Shown piece by piece: positions 27,229-32,000 of a stretch of DNA of 32,000 nucleotides. The DNA is from Zygophlyctis sp. KS116 (Eukaryota > Fungi > Chytridiomycota), in contig BAAFSQ010000073.1 of the NCBI GenBank assembly GCA_054661495.1, positions 1-32,000 on the forward strand, written 5' to 3'. The translations under genes and the position numbers were made by a program. Each line of letters begins with the position of its first letter. Position 1 is the stretch's first letter. The notes below the pieces were generated by a model. That model saw nothing but the letters and a program-made list of their open reading frames with translations. It was not told the DNA's origin and did not search any database.

Positions 27229-30200
27229 ATGCTAAAGGTAAATTGATTGGTATTAATGCTAAATTTAGACTCGAAATATTACAATTGAAAGAATTGAAAA
27301 GTTCAAACAAACAGGGCAGTTTTCTGATGTCAATTTACATTCTACATTATGGAAAAAGATTGATACGGCATGTATTACAATGTGCGTATTCTCGGTTCCA
27401 AATTTAAAGAGAATGTAGGATTATAAATTCTTTATGATTTAGTTCTTTTGATGATGCGATTAAAGGTCATTATCGTCCTGCAAAGGTCGGAGACTCTTTT
27501 GGACCCACATGGTCGACTCATTGGTTCAAGATTAAAGTTGAAGTTTCAGATGAGTTTAAAGGTGAAGAAGTTATATTGTTATTTGACTCTTCATCAGAAG
27601 CTATGATATGGTCAACGGATGGTGTGCCATTACAAGGATTAACAGGCGGAGATGTGAATGAGCGTCGTGTACATTTTAAGCTGTTATCAGAGGCCAAAGG
27701 AGGAGAAGAATTTTCTTTTTATATTGAAGTGGCATGTAATGGATTGTTTGGAGCAGGCGAGGGAGGAAATGGGTCTATATTTCCTCCGGTTGAAAATCGT
27801 ACATTTCCTTTAGCCATTGCACAATTAGCAGTTAAAAATCAACTGTCTTGGGATTTGCATGAAGATTTAGAGATTTTTTTGGGTTTAATCAAGGATACTC
27901 CTCCAGATTCACAGCTGGGCGCAGATGCTTTGTATACGGCGAATAAGATTGTAGATACATTTTATATTGATAGACCGGAAACTTTGAAAGAGGCTCATGA
28001 AATTGCTAAAAAATTTTATCAGGATCATAAGATGTTGGGTAGACCTGGGCATGAAATAATAGCAATTGGAAATTGTCATATTGACACAGCATGGTTATGG
28101 CCGTATGATGAGACAAAGAGAAAGGCGGCCCGGTATTTTATACAATTTAATATATTAGATCATGGGCGACCCAGATTCGTCTTATGGAAGACTTTCCATC
28201 GTATACTTTTGCAGCCTCTCAAGCTCAACAATTTGAATGGGTTGAAAACATTTATCCAAAACTATTTGAAAAACTAAAAAAGAAGGCCGATGAAGGGCAA
28301 TTTATTCCAATTGGGGGTAATCTGAAATTTGTTTTTATGCTCTAGGTACTTGGGTTGAAATGGATTGTAATTTACCTAGTGGAGAGGCTTTATGTCGTCA
28401 GTTTTTATACGGTCAGAAATATTTTGAATCAAGATTTGGAAAGAGATGCAAAGTTTTTTGGCTTCCAGATACTGTAAGTTACGATTCATTATAATTTAAG
28501 TTCGGATATTCTGCGCAATTACCACAGATAGTTCGATTAGCAGGACTTGAATATTTTTTCACACAAAAGCTTAGCTGGAACAACATTAACAAGTTTCCTC
28601 ATAGTACTTTCATGTGGTATGGACTAGATGGAACAGGGGTGCTGACTCATTTTTCTCCTGCTGATACATATACAGCAACAGCATCAGTTCGAGATGTTAG
28701 CTATGCTGTCCGAAATAATAAGGACAAGGAATATTCTAACAGATCCCTACTTGTTTATGGATTTGGGGATGGTGGTGGTGGACCAAGAGACGAAATGCTC
28801 CGTCGAATCGAAAAAATGTCGCATATTGAAGGCCTTCCAGCTTCAGTAAAATTCGGAGATCCCACTCAATTTTACCGGGATTTAGAATCTACCAGTAAAG
28901 ATCTAAATAGTTGGAAGGGTGAATTGTACTTTGAGCTACATCGTGGAACTTACACCACACATGGATTAATAAAGAAAGGCAATCGGAAAGGTGAACTGGC
29001 CCTCAGAGCACTTGAAATAATGTCTTCATTAGCTTGCATTAAGTCAGCAAGCTTTTCAAATCCTAAAGATGAATTAGATAAATTATGGAAGCTGCTATTA
29101 CTGTATTTTTATTTATTATTCATCTGCAAAGGAATCAGTTCCACGACGTATTGCCAGGGTCTTCAATTGAAATAGCATATGAAGATCCTATAAAGGTAGG
29201 TCAATGTAGTTTATTAAATATAGTTTCATCGCGAAATTCTGGAAGAAGGTGGCCAGTTGCTGCAAAAGGCTTGGAAGGTAGTGTATGATTCTTACAAGAA
29301 TTTGCATTCCGATAAACAAGGTGATTTTTATAGTATTTTATATGACTTAGGCATTGTAGTTTTCAATCCTACGTCATGGACACGAAGTTTACAAGTTTTG
29401 GAGGTTGAAATGGCCAGTTTGATTCCTAATGCAGAACGCTTGACAATGGGAAAATTCCAGCAAGTTTCATCTGATGGAAAAATAGGCTTAGTTTTGATAG
29501 AAAGCATTCCTGGTATAGCTTTGAAGTCTTTTTCATTTGGAAATCTACCCTCTGATTTCAGTCCAATTAAAGGTATTTTTTATCTTTTGATTATTCTGAA
29601 GTGTCTCAATCATCTGATTCATCTCTCTCATTGGAGCAATCTGATGAGTATATTGTAGGTGTGTTAGCTCTTCTGTTTAAACTCGCATTTATTTTCTCAT
29701 TTAATAGTTAAACATGTGGCGGAAAAATATATCGAAATAGATAATGGTATAATTCGAGTCAAACTCGATTCTCACGGCCGGATAACTAGTCTTTTAGATA
29801 TTGAAAACAGGTATTTTTCGAAACCTAATTTGAAGCCGTGAAGTCATATTACCTGGGCACAATGCAAATGTATTCAGGCTTTATGAGGATATTCCTCTGT
29901 TTTGGGATGCATGGGATGTTGAAGTATATTTAAATTTTGTAATATTAGATTTATCATCTTGAAAAAGGGTGGGATGCTGGAGTTGGAAATATTGAAATTG
30001 AAGAATCAGGACCTTTAAGAGTTGTACTTAAAGTTGACCATCCTATTTCAAATACGAGCAGTTTGATACAAAGAATTATTGTGACAGCACATTCTCCTAG
30101 AGTGGAATTCCATACCAAGGTGTCTTGGAATGAGAATAGAAAAATGTTAAAAGTAGAATTTCCGGTAAATATCAGCCATGACGTTGCCACATATGAGACA

Positions 30201-30930
30201 CAAGTAAGTCTAACAAATATTAGCTTATAATGCATAGTTTGGATTTATTCAACGGCCTACTCATTATAACACATCTTGGGACTTTGCTAAATTCGAAGTC
30301 TGTGGTCATAAATTTGTCGACTATTCGGAATATGACTACGGGGTCACTCTGTTAAATGACTGCAAGTACGGCTTTTCTACTCATGGAAATACTATGAGAA
30401 TGTCCATTCTTAGATCTCCAAAAGCTCCCGATGCACATTGCGATATTGGTGATCATGAATTCAAATATGCTCTATATCCTCATAAAGGATGCTTCTTTGA
30501 AAGCGATGCCGTCCAGCAAGGATATGAATTCAATGTTCCGTTGATTTGCAGGTATTTTATCGCTGAATTAATATTAGTCCTTCACTTGTCGATCCAAACT
30601 CGAGATTAGAACAGCAGTTCTTTTCTGTCGATAAGTCTAATATTGTAATTGATACTTTAAAAGTTGCAGAAGAATCTGACGGCTTAGAATTGGTAATCCG
30701 AATGTATGAAGCTTATGGTGGTCGGGGTCAATGTAGACTTATTAGGTAAGGTCTCAAGTATTTTAACAGATAATAGTACTGTTCCTATTAGCAAAGCTTG
30801 GTATTGCAATGTAATGGAAGACAATGAACAGGAAGTAACCTTTGACACTTCTGGAGCAATATTATTTGAATATACTCCTTTCAAGGTTATTTCATTCAGG
30901 ATTAAAGTTCAAACTAAAAATCTAAAATAA
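27229..30930 (+). CDS. AMS1: GH38 cytosolic/vacuolar alpha-mannosidase (Ams1/MAN2C1), about 16 exons
   Basis: '[10 protein letters not shown]', '[12 protein letters not shown]', 'WLPDTFGYS', 'GDGGGGP', '[12 protein letters not shown]', '[12 protein letters not shown]' and '[10 protein letters not shown]'. No signal peptide. Introns 27238-27268, 27415-27442, 28133-28158, 28317-28345, 28474-28500, 29103-29131, 29196-29223, 29321-29350, 29573-29601, 29659-29707, 29811-29835, 29924-29948, 30204-30237, 30552-30577 and 30746-30776. Confidence 0.93.
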
Positions 30931-31051
30931 ATAATCTTATGATTGCGAAATCGATCCTTGACATGTCCGAAAGAGAATGAAGAACTATTTATAATTTAAT
31001 TTCAAACATTACTCATGTGATGACTGTTGTTGAATGACGTAACGCTCGATC

Positions 31052-32000
31052 ATGCCAAATAAGAGACTCAGAGTGCGAATTGGACCAGACTTTAACCAAG
31101 ACAATCAAGTGACTGTAGCAGTCAATGATGAAAAGAAACCAGTTCTGATTGATTCGCCTCATTTTGCTGGAAAGATCTTAATGAGAGTACACAATTTCAA
31201 AGGAGTTTCAAGTCCACTCCCTGGCTGCTCACCATGGGCAGTTGACGATGAAAGTACCGAACCTTCAATACCAACATGTAAATACTTTGACGGTAAAAGG
31301 CGATGTTTTAGTATACAAATCAAAGGTTCATTTAAGAAAGCCTGGACGGCTAATGATATTGAATTTGGAATTGTTTTAGATCGCAGAATAAATCTACCAA
31401 CTGGAGCAGATATGGCACTTAAAATAGCACAGGTTAATTTTATTATTAATATTATAGGTGATTGATCCTGGACTTAAAGCAGATATTAGAGCAGAAAAAC
31501 CTTGGACAATGAGTCCTTTACTATGTGCCATGAATGTATTCAATGTGACCAATCTTCCTGCAAACCCAACAAATATTATCCCAATGACTGAAACTAAAGA
31601 TTCAAACAATTATTCATCAGTTGGACCAGATTCACCAATTTCACCCGCATCTCCAAATACTTTTAAGATTAAGAAATCGCTTTCTTTAGACGTAGATTTC
31701 TCAGATGAATATGAAGATGGACCAAATTTAGAAGAAAATAACACATTATTAGTTTCAGGAAAATCAATGTCTGCAGATGCAAGAAAGGTATTTAAAAGGA
31801 ATTAATATTTAGAAACATTTCTTAAAGGAATCTAATCGAAAATCATTCAAGTTTTCTCCGGAATATGTGTATGGCTTCGATTTTTATAATAAGTACTTGG
31901 ATCTTGGAGAATTAAAGATCCGCTTACCGGGATTTTCAATTGGAATGGTTGATTACTGGGATATGCCCATCAAGTATGTCTGTAGATCAACCGATGGATC
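31052..32000 (+). CDS. DUF1769-family protein (3' end beyond the window)
   Basis: 'RLRVRIGP...VNDE...IDSPHFAGKILMRVHNF...YFDGKRRCFSIQIKG...IDPGL...KPWTMSPLL...YVYGFDFYN'. Introns 31433-31457 and 31788-31812. Confidence 0.75.

Overview
This is an AT-rich, extremely gene-dense eukaryotic window, most consistent with an early-diverging (chytrid-like) fungus. It uses the standard genetic code, and the fragmented ORF track is caused by many tiny GT-AG introns. I reconstructed about 74 introns by hand: 71 are 23-34 nt, and the outliers are 49, 52 and 167 nt. Splicing them out gives 15 genes: TSC1/hamartin, a DRAM/Frag1/Sfk1 membrane protein, CDC48, DBP6/DDX51, an Sfp1-like zinc-finger factor, a secreted plant-type LRR protein, an SDS22-like LRR protein, medium-chain acyl-CoA dehydrogenase, mitochondrial uL5m, a single-pass protein with a bacterial-type solute-binding domain, a MAP4K/Misshapen-like kinase with a CNH domain, an APC amino-acid permease, a P5B ATPase, COX16, and a GH38 alpha-mannosidase (Ams1). 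A DUF1769 gene runs off the right edge. The most striking structures are: (1) a 19-exon LRR gene in which 16 exons each encode exactly one LRR and all 18 introns are phase 2 at the same codon, with two Cys-rich N-caps in tandem; (2) the one long intron, in the Sfp1-like gene, which folds into a long hairpin capped by an Sfp1/RRPE-type palindrome just upstream of the ribosome-biogenesis gene DBP6; (3) a symmetric 57-nt exon in Ams1 encoding an AIM/LIR-like motif; and (4) a CDC48 start codon split by an intron. All gene models are manual and were not checked against RNA or databases.
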